Notes: generated from the letters alone by a model not told the origin. A stretch of DNA of 64,000 bases from an uncultured Verrucomicrobiae bacterium (GCA_963740185.1 CAVUDH010000001.1:386839-450838), one strand, 5' to 3'. Numbered from the stretch's first letter, positions 1 to 10,852 are shown. Numbers and translations: made by a program.

Positions 1-254
1 AAAAAAGCGACGCCCCGCAGAAAGCCGCCCCCGAAGGCATCGAAGCCCTCAAGGAATCCAGCGGCCCCCTCGACACCGTCCTGCGCGAACTCATCGGCGG
101 CCTGCAATCCGGCATGGGCTACCTCGGAGCCGCCGACCTGACCGCCCTCAGAGCCAACGCCCGCTACATCCGCGTCAGCCCAGCCGGCCAGCGCGAAAGC
201 GCCCCCCACGACGTCATCACCGTCAAAGCCACCCCCGACACCAACCCGCGATAG
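1..254 (+). CDS. guaB: IMP dehydrogenase, C-terminal fragment (5' end outside window)
   Basis: Translation ...[54 protein letters not shown] matches the conserved GuaB C-terminus (GMGY.GA ... ES.PHDV). TAG at 252-254. Confidence 0.85.
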   Translation, partial: KSDAPQKAAPEGIEALKESSGPLDTVLRELIGGLQSGMGYLGAADLTALRANARYIRVSPAGQRESAPHDVITVKATPDTNPR

Positions 255-265
255 CCCCTCGCCAA

Positions 266-382
266 CTAAACAGGATTAACAGGATTTACTGGATTAACAG
301 GAAGATGAGAGAAGGGAGATACGGCCCCATCCTCCCTTCAAAAAATCCAGTCAATCCTGCGAATCCAGTTAATCCCGTTTAG
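266..382. repeat. Hairpin element copy 1: inverted arms of three 9-bp tandem units (WGGATTWAC) around a core with an inner stem GAAGGGAG/CTCCCTTC
   Basis: Left arm is CTAAAC AGGATTAAC AGGATTTAC TGGATTAAC. Right arm is its reverse complement, ending ...GTTAATCC CGTTTAG. Inner stem at 311-318 / 332-339. Second copy at 21698-21808. Confidence 0.75.
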
Positions 383-394
383 TTTTTCACTCCC

Positions 395-1928
395 ATGCTC
401 ACTCCGTTCACCTCCCACCTCATCGCCGACACCGGCATCTCCACCGGCGACGAAGGCAAGGGCCGCGTCATCCTCGAAGTCATCGACGAAATCCGCGAAT
501 CCACCGGTCGCCCCGACGCCGTCGGCGCCGTCATGAAGGTCAACGGCGGCTCAAATTCCGGCCATTCCGTCGGCGACCTCAAGCTCAACCTCATCCCCGG
601 CGGAGTCGTCGACCCCCTCGTCCCCCACCTCACCATCGGAGCCGGCGTCGTCGCTGACCCCCGCAAATTTCTCTGGGAATCCGCCTACTGCGAACTCCAC
701 GGCCACCAGGCCCTTTCCCGCCTCCGCATCGACGAACGCACCCTCGTTTCCGACCTCTCCCACCGCCTCCTCGACCTCGCCTGGGAATCCTACCGCACCG
801 AGATTCTCCACGAGGAACCCCGCGGCTCCACCGGCCGCGGCATCACCCCCGCCTACACCGACGAGATTTCCCAATTTCAAATCACCTACGCCGACTTCCG
901 CGCCGACCGCACCATCTTCGAGCGAAAACTCCGTGCCCGAGCCGACCGCGCCCTCCGCGTGATCCAGCACGTCTGCCAGCTCGCTCCCGAGCGTTGGATC
1001 ACCCTCTTCGAAACCCTCACCACGGCCGAAACCCGCGCCCACGCGGCCACCATCGAAGCCGGTGCGCTCGAAGCCGCCGAGTTCGACTTCACCCACTTCG
1101 CCGGCCCCTCCCCCTTCACTATCGACCTCGACCACCTCGTCGAAACCTACTGGCAAGCCGGGCAAAAGCTCCTCCCCGCCATCACCGACGTCCGCGAGCT
1201 CACCCTCCAGGCGCTCAGCCCGCGGCCAATCCATTCTCGGCGAATTCGGCCAGGCCTACTGGCTCGATAAACGTCACGGCTTCCCGCCCAACGTCACCGC
1301 CTCCCACACGTTCACGCCCGAATTTTTCCAGTCCGCCGGCATCCCCGCCCAGCCCGTTCACACCATCGGCTGCTGCAAAGCCTACGACACCAAGGTCGGC
1401 ACCCACCTCTTCCTCACCGAACTCACCGACGAGCACCCACTCGGCCGTCGTCTGCGCCAGATCGAGTTCGGCTCCACGACCGGACGCCAACGCATGGTCG
1501 GCTGGTTCGACGCCGTCGAGAAAGGCGATGCCCTCCGCTACGGCGGCTACCAGGACCTCGTCCTCAACAAACTCGACGCCCTCAGCTACTCCGGCGACTG
1601 GACCGACGGCGAACTCGCCATCTGCGTCGCCTACCAGACTCCCGACGGCCAACGCGTCGACCACGTCCCCCGCGACGACGCGTTCCGCAAAACCCTTCAG
1701 CCGATTTACGAATGGCATCCCGGCTGGACCGAAGACATCAGCACCATCCGCCGCTACGCCGACCTCCCGGCCAACGCCCGGCGCTACGTCACCGCCCTCC
1801 TCCGCGCCATCATCGCCATCGCCGGAGCGGAAAAAACTCCGCCCAACCTCCGCTACATCGGCGTCGGCCCCCAGCGCAGCCAGATCATCAAAGACGTCCC
1901 CGCGACAACGGATCTACTCGCGGCGTAG
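395..1928 (+). CDS. Adenylosuccinate synthetase-family protein (divergent, long), frame break near 1219-1221
   Basis: PurA motifs are present: [50 protein letters not shown]. They are split between ORF 395-1270 and ORF 1062-1928. Deleting one C from the CCC run at 1219-1221 joins ...LTLQALS to [11 protein letters not shown]. Confidence 0.8.
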
Positions 1929-1942
1929 CCGCGATGGGGAGC

Positions 1943-2030
1943 ACACCCTTCCAGGGTGTCGCGCCGGGCTTCCAGCCCGGCGCAACTGCACGCAAGTGCA
2001 CCCCCGCGGAGCGGCAACCACCAGTGGAGT
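1943..2030. repeat. REP-like triple-hairpin element, copy 1
   Basis: Hairpins are ACACCCT-tcc-AGGGTGT, GCGCCGGGCT-tcc-AGCCCGGCGC (10-bp stem) and TGCAC-gcaa-GTGCA, followed by CCCGCGGAGCGGCAA. It lies between convergent genes. Near-identical copy at 28272-28349. Confidence 0.75.
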
Positions 2031-2053
2031 AGCACCCCACCGGCAACCATCCG

Positions 2054-2887
2054 CTACTTCGCCTGCGCCGCGACTTGCTCCCGATACTGGATGTAGAACG
2101 TCCGCGCCGAGACGTACGGATCGAGCGCGTTCTCCGTCGCCGCGTCGTAATTGCTCATCGCCTCCGGCAGTGCCCGCAGGGCATTGGCCGCCGGGATCGA
2201 GACCGTCCAGTCATACGTGTCGCTAAAGAACTTCCCGTTGTAGAAATACCCGACGTAAGTCACCGGGTTCAGCGCCGCGTCACCCGCCCAACCGACCGCG
2301 TCACGAACGCTGTTCGGTCCGAGCACCGGCAACACGAGATACGCCCCGTGCGGAATCCCCCACCGGGCAAACGTCTGCGCGGTATCGACCGTCGGAAGAT
2401 CCTTCAACTCAGGCACCCGATCCGAAAATTTCCAGATTCCCCCGACGCCGACCGAAGTATTCAGCAGGAATTTTCCGGTTTCCTGCGCCATCCGCTCAAA
2501 TTTGCCCTGCAGCAGGCTGTTCACGAAGCGCCCCGGATACTTCACGTTTTCGAAGATGTTCGACAAGGCCGTGCGCCCGGGTGTCGGGATCACGAACTCG
2601 TAGCCTTTCACGATTGGCCGCAGCAAGACGATGTAGACGCCCTCGTTCAGCATGAACGTCGCCCGATTCAGCGGTTCGAGCGGATCCGGCACCGCCACGG
2701 CATCGTATTCGTCGAGGTCATCGTATTCGCCGTCGCTCACCGCGAACGATTTCCCGTCGAAATCGTCCTCGATCACGACGCTCTCGGCATCCGCGAGATC
2801 GTCCCGATCCCTCTGGGTCGTGGTGGCACAGCCGCCGAGCAGCGCGGCGGAAAGGAGCAGGAAGAGCGGACGGTGGAGATTTTTCAT
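2054..2887 (-). CDS. mlaA: MlaA/VacJ family outer-membrane lipoprotein
   Basis: Lipobox LLGGC at the N-terminus. VacJ-like core: PLEPLNR..F..N...LLRP....Y..V.P...R..L.N.F.N. Last gene of the mla operon. Confidence 0.85.
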   Translation of the reverse strand: MKNLHRPLFLLLSAALLGGCATTTQRDRDDLADAESVVIEDDFDGKSFAVSDGEYDDLDEYDAVAVPDPLEPLNRATFMLNEGVYIVLLRPIVKGYEFVIPTPGRTALSNIFENVKYPGRFVNSLLQGKFERMAQETGKFLLNTSVGVGGIWKFSDRVPELKDLPTVDTAQTFARWGIPHGAYLVLPVLGPNSVRDAVGWAGDAALNPVTYVGYFYNGKFFSDTYDWTVSIPAANALRALPEAMSNYDAATENALDPYVSARTFYIQYREQVAAQAK

Positions 2888-3468
2888 TAGGGTCGGGCAA
2901 CGGATTGGGACAGCGCGTTGATCACCGCGTCGGCCCCTCCTTGTTTGTATTCGTTATCGAATTGGGTTCGGTAGTTCGCAATGAGACTCACACCTTCGAT
3001 CACCACGTCGGTAATCTTCCAACCCTCGGCCTTCTCGAGCCGATAGGCCACGTTGTAATCGCTTCCCTTGTAAAAAAGCGTCGTGGGCACCTCGACCCGA
3101 CCCGGCGCGGTCTCCGAGGCAGACTTGATCTTGATCTTCGGAGTTTCTCCCGGCGTCAGCTTCGCGCTGTAGGTCCGAATGATCAGCGTCGTGAAAAGTT
3201 TGGTGGCCTCGCTGCGCTGACCGCTGGAAAACTTCCGCCAACCCGGTCCGACGGCCCGCCGCGTCATCGCGTCGAAACTGATGGCCCGCGTCAACGTCGG
3301 TCGCAACTGCTCGGCCAGCTTCCCCCCGGAACTTCGCTGCGCCACCCCCAACACCTCGTCGATGGATTTTTTCAGCTTCGACTCGGCGGTGGCAACGTTG
3401 GAAGCGGCCAACGCTGATCCGCAGATGAAGAGCGTGGGAAGGAGGAGGAGGAAGTTACGTCGGTTCAT
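2887..3468 (-). CDS. mlaC: MlaC/Ttg2D-family periplasmic phospholipid-binding protein
   Basis: Signal peptide, ~190 aa, toluene-tolerance family pattern (FD...M.R.A.G..W..FS..Q). Position between mlaD and mlaA. Confidence 0.78.
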   Translation of the reverse strand: MNRRNFLLLLPTLFICGSALAASNVATAESKLKKSIDEVLGVAQRSSGGKLAEQLRPTLTRAISFDAMTRRAVGPGWRKFSSGQRSEATKLFTTLIIRTYSAKLTPGETPKIKIKSASETAPGRVEVPTTLFYKGSDYNVAYRLEKAEGWKITDVVIEGVSLIANYRTQFDNEYKQGGADAVINALSQSVARP

Positions 3469-3941
3469 GGAGTGGTCTCAGTTTCGCTTTCGTCGGCCAC
3501 ATTGCCGAAAGCCATTTTGCCAATCAAGGATTCCAGATCGACCGACGACTCCGTCATCGTGATCCGGTCGCCCTCGTTCATCATCGCCTCGTCTGCGCCG
3601 GGTGCCAGCGCAACGTATTTATCGCCGATCAGACCGGTCGTCTTGATCGATGCCATCGTGTCGGTCGAGAACTCGATGGCGTCCCGGACCCGCAGCGTCG
3701 CAATCGCGCTGTAGTCCTCCGGATCGATCTCGATCGCCTCGACCCGACCGACCGACACCCCGGCCAGCATCACGCTGCTGCCCACGTTCAGCCCGCCCGC
3801 GTTCGAGAAACGCGCCTCGAGTTCATAGGTCCCACCGCCAAGCAAAGACCCCGAACCGAGCTTGATCGCGAGGTAGCCGATGGCGACGATGCCGAGCAGG
3901 ACGAAGAAGCCGACGAGAAGTTCGAGTTTGGATTGATTCAT
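3465..3941 (-). CDS. mlaD: MlaD, MCE-domain protein
   Basis: N-terminal TM helix followed by an MCE fold (F.NAGGL..GS.V...GV.VG.V..I). ATGA overlaps with both neighbours. Confidence 0.85.
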   Translation of the reverse strand: MNQSKLELLVGFFVLLGIVAIGYLAIKLGSGSLLGGGTYELEARFSNAGGLNVGSSVMLAGVSVGRVEAIEIDPEDYSAIATLRVRDAIEFSTDTMASIKTTGLIGDKYVALAPGADEAMMNEGDRITMTESSVDLESLIGKMAFGNVADESETETTP

Positions 3942-4753
3942 GAAAGGGTGTCAGTCGGAGTGTTCTCTCCCGCGCGGATGGAAGCAAGCACGCTGCCAAG
4001 TTCCTCGGCGCTGTCGCGAAATCCCCGAACAATGGGATGATCGCTCGCCGAGAACTCCGCGGGCGTGCCCTCGAAGCACATTCTGCCTTTTTGCAGCAGC
4101 GACACCCGGTCACTCACCACCAGTGCCTCGACGACGTCGTGGGTCACGATCAAAGCAGTAAAGCCAAACTGAAGTTGATATTTCGCGATCATCGCGAACA
4201 CGGCGTTCCTCCGCAACGGGTCGAGACCCGCCGTGGGTTCATCAAAAAAAACCAACTCCGGCCGCGTGACAATCGCCCGCGCCAGAGCCAAACGCTTCTG
4301 CATTCCGCCCGAGAGCTGCCCGGGAAATTTCGCCGCGTGGTCCACCAGCTCGAGCTGTCGCAGCGCCTCCAGACTGCGCTCCCGGATCTCGTCACTCGAG
4401 ATCTCGGTCGTCTGCTCGAGCGGCAACGCCACGTTCTCGAGCGCCGTCATCGAGTCAAACAACGCGTTGCCTTGAAACAAAAAACTGCAGCGCTTCCGGA
4501 AATCCTGAATCGTCCGCGGATCGCTCGATTTCAATTCCCGCCCGTCGAACGTGATCGTCCCCGCATCCGGACTCTCGATGTCGGCCAGGCACTTCAACAA
4601 AACCGATTTCCCGGCGCCACTCGGACCCAACACCGTCGAAACACTCCCCCGCGCAACTTCCAGCCCGACCCCGGCCAGCACAACCTTCTCGCCAAAACTC
4701 TTGTGCAATCCGTCCACCCGAAGCAACGGCACCGATGGTGTCCCGCTCTCCAT
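3938..4753 (-). CDS. mlaF: MlaF-type ABC ATPase
   Basis: Walker A GPSGAGKS, signature LSGGMQKR, Walker B LVFFDEPTAGLD. Confidence 0.9.
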   Translation of the reverse strand: MESGTPSVPLLRVDGLHKSFGEKVVLAGVGLEVARGSVSTVLGPSGAGKSVLLKCLADIESPDAGTITFDGRELKSSDPRTIQDFRKRCSFLFQGNALFDSMTALENVALPLEQTTEISSDEIRERSLEALRQLELVDHAAKFPGQLSGGMQKRLALARAIVTRPELVFFDEPTAGLDPLRRNAVFAMIAKYQLQFGFTALIVTHDVVEALVVSDRVSLLQKGRMCFEGTPAEFSASDHPIVRGFRDSAEELGSVLASIRAGENTPTDTLS

Positions 4754-5529
4754 CAGACCAGGAACGAGGTGATGATGTAATCCGCCGCCAGCACGATGAT
4801 GCTGGCCTGCACAACCGCCCGGGTCGTCGCCGCACTGACCGCCCGCGCGCCAATCTCACCCCGGAAACGGTGGGAATTGAACCCATGATAAGCGCAGACA
4901 CTCATGGTCAAAATCCCGAAGGACGTTGCCTTCAAAAAGCACTCCCACACGTCGCGCGACCCGACCGCCCGCTCGACGGAGGACCAGTAAACCCCGGGCT
5001 CGACGCCCAACAACAGCGAACCCGACAAACTTCCACCCCACAACCCGATGGCCACGAACAGCGCCGTCTGGATCGGAAACGTGATCAATGCCGCGATCAA
5101 CCGCGGTGCCACCAAGTATCCGTGACTACTCACCCCCATGGTCTCCAGCGCGACGATCTGCTCCGTATTTCGCTGCATCCCCAGCTCCGCCGCCAGCGCC
5201 GATCCGGCCTGCCCGACCAGCATCAACGCCGCCAGCACGGGAGCCATCTCCCGCACCAGGCTCAACGACACCAACGCGCCGAGCAATCCCTCCGAACCAA
5301 ACCGATTCAGCACGTAATACCCCTGCAGACCCAGGACCAGGCCCGTGAAAGTCCCGACGATCAGAATCACCGGCAGGCACAGCGTACCCTGCTCGTAAAT
5401 GGCCCGCGCCACCCGACGCGACAGCCGCCGCGATCCGACGGCGGCCCCAAAAGCCCGCCCGGTGAAGAGAGCGTAGTCGCCGAGTCCACCAATAATTTCG
5501 AGGCCCGGCCGGCCAAAGAATCGCAACAT
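4753..5529 (-). CDS. mlaE: MlaE-type ABC permease
   Basis: 258-aa polytopic protein starting MLRFFGRPGLEIIG, typical of the MlaE/Ttg2B family. The longer ORF up to 6057 is rejected (see noticed_but_rejected). Confidence 0.88.
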   Translation of the reverse strand: MLRFFGRPGLEIIGGLGDYALFTGRAFGAAVGSRRLSRRVARAIYEQGTLCLPVILIVGTFTGLVLGLQGYYVLNRFGSEGLLGALVSLSLVREMAPVLAALMLVGQAGSALAAELGMQRNTEQIVALETMGVSSHGYLVAPRLIAALITFPIQTALFVAIGLWGGSLSGSLLLGVEPGVYWSSVERAVGSRDVWECFLKATSFGILTMSVCAYHGFNSHRFRGEIGARAVSAATTRAVVQASIIVLAADYIITSFLV

Positions 5530-5628
5530 CGTGCGGAATAAACGCTGAATCTCCAACAATATGCAATGCCCCCGGCGCGAAATATTGCGAGACTCGACAC
5601 GCTCCACACCGCCCCCTAGCGTCCCGCC

Positions 5629-5967
5629 ATGTCCTCCCCGACCCCTCCGCCGCCCGGCGACCCCGTGACCGCCGATTGGAATGCCATCGAAGCCGACGCC
5701 GACTTCCGCGCGCTGCTCAAGCAAAAGGCCGCCTTCGTCGTCCCCGCCACCGTATTCTTCATCGCCTACTACTTCTCGCTCCCGATCCTCGTCGGCTGGT
5801 TCCCCGAGATGATGAGCCGTCCCGTGTGGGGCGACGTCAACGCCGCCTACCTCTTCGCGCTTTCGCAGTTCGCCATGGCCTGGATCCTCGCCGGCCTCTA
5901 CGTCGCCGCCGCCGCCGGCTGGGACAAAAAGGCCACCGCCATTCTCGCCAAGTTCGGTCGCGTCTAA
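5629..5967 (+). CDS. yjcH: DUF485 (YjcH-like) inner-membrane protein
   Basis: 112 aa with two TM helices. Lies immediately upstream of actP, as in other bacteria. Confidence 0.78.
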   Translation: MSSPTPPPPGDPVTADWNAIEADADFRALLKQKAAFVVPATVFFIAYYFSLPILVGWFPEMMSRPVWGDVNAAYLFALSQFAMAWILAGLYVAAAAGWDKKATAILAKFGRV

Positions 5968-5973
5968 ACGACC

Positions 5974-6008
5974 ACTCGAAAATCCAAACTCGAAACTCGA
6001 AAATCTCA
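5974..6008. repeat. Heptamer array (ACTCGAA AATCCAA ACTCGAA ACTCGAA AATCTCA)
   Basis: Five 7-nt units that end on the actP ATG. Confidence 0.85.
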
Positions 6009-7550
6009 TGGCTCTCTGGATGTTTCTTACCTTCGTGGCGGCGACTCTCGTCATCACGTATTTCAGCGCTCGTAAATCAACCGGCTCGTCCGCCTACTTC
6101 GCCGCCGGACGCCGGATCACCGGTTGGCAAAACGGACTCGCCGTCGCCGGCGATTACATGAGCGCCGCCAGTTTCCTCGGCATCGCCGGGATGATCGCGA
6201 TGAATGGCTACGACGGCTTCATGTATTCCGTCGGCTTCCTCGTCGCCTACCTCACGGTCCTCTTCATCGTCGCGGAACCCCTCCGCAACGCCGGCAAATA
6301 CACCATGGCCGACGTCCTTGCCTACCGGCTGAAACCCCGCCCCGTTCGCGCCCTGGCCTCGCTCAGCACGCTCACGGTTTCCATTTTTTACATGATCGCG
6401 CAGATGGTCGGCGCCGGCGGCCTGGTCACGCTCCTCATCCCGGGCGTCAGCTACTCGCTCACCGTCATCGGGGTCGGCGTCCTCATGGTGATCTACGTCG
6501 TCTTCGGCGGCATGCTCGCCACGACCTGGGTGCAGATCATCAAAGCCGTCCTCCTCATGACCGGCAGCATCTTCCTGAGCTTCCTCGTGATGAAGCAATT
6601 CCACTTCAGCCTCGGCGAATTCTTCGCGTCGCTCACCGCCATCTCGTCAACCGCCGCCGACGGCACCACGCAGACGCGGAATTTTCTCACGCCCAACCTG
6701 CTGTTCAAAAACCCCTGGGACCAGATCTCCCTCGGCATGGCGCTCCTCTTCGGCACCGCCGGACTGCCGCACATTCTCATCCGCTTCTACACCGTCCCCG
6801 ACGCCAAGACCGCTCGTTCGTCCGTGGTCTGGGCGATGATTATCATCGGTCTGTTTTACATCATGACAACGTTCTTTGGCTTCGGAGCCGCGAGTCTGCT
6901 CACCCCCGACTTCATCCGCGAAAACGGCGGCAACAACATGGCCGCCCCGCTGCTCGCACAGTTTCTCGGTGGTGACATCTTCTTCGCCTTCATCTGCGCC
7001 GTCGCCTTCGCGACCATCCTAGCCGTCGTCGCCGGACTCACCATCAGCGCCTCCACCAGCTTCGCGCACGACTTTTACACGAACGTCCTCCACCACGGGA
7101 AGGAAACCCGGCCCGGCGAGGAAGTCCGAGTCGCCCGCATCACCGCCTTCGCTGTCGGTGCTCTCGCGATCATCATCGCGATCGTCCTCGGAGCCGAAAG
7201 TGAACGTCGCCTTCCTCGTCGGCCTCGCCTTCGCCGTCGCCGCCAGCGCCAATCTCCCCGTGATCATCCTTTCGATCTTCTGGAAACGCTTCAACACCGC
7301 CGGCGCCGTCGCCGGTCTCTCCGTCGGCCTCGTCGGGTCCATCGCCCTCATCCTCGTGAGCCCCGATTTCATGGGCGAAAACGCCCTCTATCCGCTAAAG
7401 AACCCAGCCCTCGCCAGCATCCCGCTCGGCTTCCTGGCTGCGGTAATCGGGACCCTCCTCTCCCGCGAACCCTCCGCCGAAGCCCGCTTCGCCGAATTCC
7501 AGGTCCGGGCCAACACCGGCCTCGGCTCCGAGAAAGCCACCGAGCACTGA
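6008..7550 (+). CDS. actP: Cation/acetate symporter ActP (SSS family), frame break near 7194-7200
   Basis: Collinear with E. coli ActP as I recall it (..VNVAFLVGLAFAVAASANLPVIILSIFWKRF..). Split over ORFs 6008-... and 7158-7550. Deleting one C at 7194-7195 gives LGAKVNVAFLVG. Confidence 0.85.
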
Positions 7551-7675
7551 AGAACGCATGTCTGAACAGAAGGCAGCTAAGAGCGCAAAGAATCCTGAAA
7601 GGAAGCTTCTACGAAGCTGACCACTCGGCTCATCCCGCGCAGCGGGAGAGAACTCTCAAATCCCCAGCGATTTAT

Positions 7676-7749
7676 TGCACCGGGCGGGGGTCGAACCCAC
7701 AACCTCAGCCTTCGGAGGGCTGCGCTCTATCCAATTGAGCTACCGGTGC
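7676..7749 (-). tRNA. tRNA-Arg (anticodon CCG)
   Basis: The reverse complement GCACCGGTAGCTCAATTGGATAGAGCGCAGCCCTCCGAAGGCTGAGGTTGTGGGTTCGACCCCCGCCCGGTGCA folds as a cloverleaf. Acceptor stem GCACCGG/CCGGTGC, anticodon loop CU-CCG-AA, T-loop TTCGACC. CCA is not encoded. Confidence 0.92.
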
Positions 7750-7802
7750 GATCAGTCGGAAAATATCGCGGCCGACCCGCAAAAAGCAAGCGCGGGAAAA
7801 AC

Positions 7803-8988
7803 TCAGGCCACCAACACCGGCCCCGCACCCACCGGAGCGACCCGCCGCAGCTTCCCGACCACTCCCGGGACGATCTCCAGCGCCGCCTCCACGTCGGCCT
7901 CGGTATTGAAGCGCCCAAACGAGAACCGCAGGCTTGCCCGCGCCCGCCGATCCGAAGCCCCCATCGCCTTCAGCACGTGCGACGGCGTCACCGACCCCGT
8001 CGTGCAGGCACTCCCCGCCGAGCAACACACCCCCGCCTCGTCCAGCAGCATCAGCGCGCCCTCGGCCTCGATCCCATCAAAGGCCAGACTCGTCGTATTC
8101 GGCAGCCGTTCCTCGCGATCCCCATTCACCTCGACCCCCGTGACCTCCGCCAAAATTGTCCTTTCAAAGCGATCCCGCATCGCCCGCACCCGCGTCCGCT
8201 CGTCGGCCAATTCCCGACCAGCGATCTCCGCCGCCACGCCCATCGCGACGATCGACGCCACGTTCTGCGTCCCGCCCCGCCGCGCTTCCTCCTGACTCCC
8301 CCGCAGCATCGGCGTGAACCGAACCTTCCGATTCACGTAAAGAGCGCCAACGCCCTTCGGACAGTGCAGCTTGTGACCCGAAATCGACGCAAAATGAATC
8401 CCCGACTCCTCGAACCGAATCGGAATTTTCCCAACCGCCTGCACCGCATCGCAGTGAAAAAGCACCCGCTTCGCCCGGCAGATCTCCGCCACCCGCTCCA
8501 CCGGAAACAACACCCCGGTCTCGTTGTTGGCCCACAGCAAACTCACGACCGCCGTATCCGTCCGGATCGATTTCTCCAAACGCTCCACGTCCAGCGTCCC
8601 GTCCCCGCCCACCGGCAACCACGTCACCTCGTAACCCCGCCGCGTCAGATGCTCGCACAATTTCACCGTCGCGCTGTGCTCGACCGCCGAAGTCACCACG
8701 TGCGTGCAATCCGGATCCCGCGCCACCGCCGACAGCAACGCCGCATTCGTCGACTCCGTCCCGCAGCTCGTAAAGAGAATCTCCCGCGCCTCACAGCCTA
8801 CCAGCTCCGCCACCTGACTCCCGCGCCCGCTCGACCGCATCCCGCGCCCGCTGCCCCAACCGATAAGCGCTCGACGGATTCCCGTATTCCTCACGCAGCC
8901 ACGGCAGCATCGCGTCGACCACCTCGGGATCGACCCGCGTCGTCGCGTTATTATCGAGATAGATGAGAGGCTGATCGGCGGAAATCAT
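7803..8988 (-). CDS. Cysteine desulfurase (NifS/IscS class), frame break at 8820-8822
   Basis: Motifs LIYLDNNATT, FTSCGTESTN, SGHKLHCPKGVGALYV (PLP lysine) and the active-site SAGSACTTGS. Removing one C from the CCC run at 8820-8822 joins ..AVERAR to SQVAELVG. Confidence 0.85.
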
Positions 8989-9067
8989 CGAAAGAGCCGG
9001 GCAAATTAAGGGAACCCCCCACCCCACCGCAAGGGCGATTCCTTCCCACGCCCGGGGGATGCACCCA

Positions 9068-9097
9068 CCATTCGCCATTCACCATTGGCCATTCACC
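9068..9097. repeat. Heptamer array (CCATTCG CCATTCA CCATTGG CCATTCA)
   Basis: Four 7-nt units, 22 nt upstream of the K+ channel ATG. Confidence 0.8.
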
Positions 9098-9119
9098 AGC
9101 TACACTCCGTCGTTTCCGA

Positions 9120-10814
9120 ATGAAATTCGTCGCCACTCTCGTCGCCTACTCCGTCCACAACCGAGCCGGTCGCCGCAATCTCGTCCAGCTCTTCCGCTTC
9201 CTCGCGATCCTCCTCGCCCTCGTCACCGTCTTCAGCATCCTCTTCCACTTCATCATGGCCGCCGAGGGCCAGAAATACACGTGGATGACCGGCTTCTATT
9301 GGACGCTCACCGTCATGTCCACGCTCGGCTTCGGTGACATCACGTTCACCTCCGACCTCGGCCGCTTCTTCTCCATCGTCGTGCTCCTCTCCGGCATGAT
9401 GTTTCTCCTCGTCCTACTCCCCTTCACGTTCATCGAATTCTTCTACGCCCCGTGGATGAAGTTGCAGGAATCCCGCCGCGCTCCGCGCCAACTCCCAACC
9501 ACGCTCAGCGGACACGTCCTACTCAGCCACTTCGACCCCGTCACCGAAGCGCTCATTCCCCGCCTCGAGCAGTTCAAATTCCCCTACGCCGTGATCGTCC
9601 CCGAGCTCGAGGACGCCCTCCGCCTCCACGACGAACGGATCCACGTCGTCGTCGGAGACCTCGACGACCCCGAGACCTACCGCCGCTGCGGCGTCGAGCG
9701 GGCCGCCCTCGTCGCCGCCACCTCCACCGACCCCGTCAATACCAACGTCGCCTTCACCGTCCGCGAACTCTCCGCCGACGTCCCCATCCTCACCACCGCC
9801 AACAGTGCCGAGTCCGTCGACGTCCTCGAGCTCGCCGGCAGCACGAACGTCCTCCGCCTCGGCGAAATGATGGGCCAATCCCTCGCCCGCCGCATCATCG
9901 GCGGCGACGCGCTCTCCCACGTCATCGGCACCTTCGACGACCTCCTCATCGCCGAGGCCACCGCCGCCGGCACCCCCCTGGTTGGCAAGTGCATCGCCGA
10001 CTGCAAACTCCGCGAAAATCTCGGGGTCACCATCGCCGGCGTGTGGGAACGCGGCACCTTCGTTACGCCAAAACCCAGCACCGTCATCCAGGCCAATACC
10101 GTCCTCATCCTCGCCGGGTCCCGCGAGCAGTTCCAAAAATACGACGAACTCTTCTGCATCTACCACGTCTCCGAAGCCCCCATCGTCATCATCGGCGGCG
10201 GGCGATCCGGTCGCGCCACCGGTGCCGCCCTCGAGCGCCGCGGAGCCGATTACCGCATCGTCGAATCCCTGGCCGAGCGGATCCGCGACACCGAGCACTA
10301 CATCCACGGCGACGCCGCCTCACTCGAAGTCCTCACCCGCGCCGGCATCATGGAGGCCCCCGCCGTCGTCATCACCCCGCACGAAGACGACATCAACACC
10401 TACCTCACAATCTACTGCCGCCGCCTCCGCCCCGACATCCAGATCATCACCCGGGCCACCTTCGAGCGAAACATCTCCACCATGCACCGGGCCGGCGCGG
10501 ACTTCGTGATGTCCTACGCCTCCATGGGTGCCAACAGCATCCTCAACGTCCTGAAAAACTCCGACATCCTCATGCTCGCCGAAGGCCTCGACGTCTTCCG
10601 CGTCCCCATCCCCCCCATCCTCGCGGGCAAAACCCTCGCCGAGTCCGGCATCCGCGAGAAAACCAATTGCAGCGTCATCGCTCTCGCCGACTCCGACGGC
10701 AAACACATCAACCCCGGCCCCTCCGCCACCCTCACCGAAGGCTCTCAAATCGTCCTCATCGGCGACATCGAGGCGGAAAAAAAATTCCTCACCACCTACG
10801 GCGTCGCGATGTGA
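9120..10814 (+). CDS. Potassium channel with two RCK/TrkA domains
   Basis: Pore helix and selectivity filter TVMSTLGFGDIT. Two Rossmann-like TrkA-N segments (..IIGGGRSGRA..) with TrkA-C segments. Confidence 0.85.
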   Translation: MKFVATLVAYSVHNRAGRRNLVQLFRFLAILLALVTVFSILFHFIMAAEGQKYTWMTGFYWTLTVMSTLGFGDITFTSDLGRFFSIVVLLSGMMFLLVLLPFTFIEFFYAPWMKLQESRRAPRQLPTTLSGHVLLSHFDPVTEALIPRLEQFKFPYAVIVPELEDALRLHDERIHVVVGDLDDPETYRRCGVERAALVAATSTDPVNTNVAFTVRELSADVPILTTANSAESVDVLELAGSTNVLRLGEMMGQSLARRIIGGDALSHVIGTFDDLLIAEATAAGTPLVGKCIADCKLRENLGVTIAGVWERGTFVTPKPSTVIQANTVLILAGSREQFQKYDELFCIYHVSEAPIVIIGGGRSGRATGAALERRGADYRIVESLAERIRDTEHYIHGDAASLEVLTRAGIMEAPAVVITPHEDDINTYLTIYCRRLRPDIQIITRATFERNISTMHRAGADFVMSYASMGANSILNVLKNSDILMLAEGLDVFRVPIPPILAGKTLAESGIREKTNCSVIALADSDGKHINPGPSATLTEGSQIVLIGDIEAEKKFLTTYGVAM

Positions 10815-10852
10815 TCACCGCCCAACGCAACGGCCCAGCCCCACCCCCTCAC

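Noticed and set aside
395-1928. The purA-like gene considered as a PurZ-type (2-aminoadenine pathway) enzyme.
   Set aside because: There are no phage genes or companion enzymes (datZ/mazZ-like) nearby, it sits next to guaB in a housekeeping context, and I cannot evaluate the diagnostic residues by eye.
5530-6057. N-terminal extension of mlaE to 434 aa.
   Set aside because: The extension is Gly/Arg-rich and overlaps the yjcH gene on the opposite strand. The MlaE family begins at the MLRFFGRP methionine (5529).
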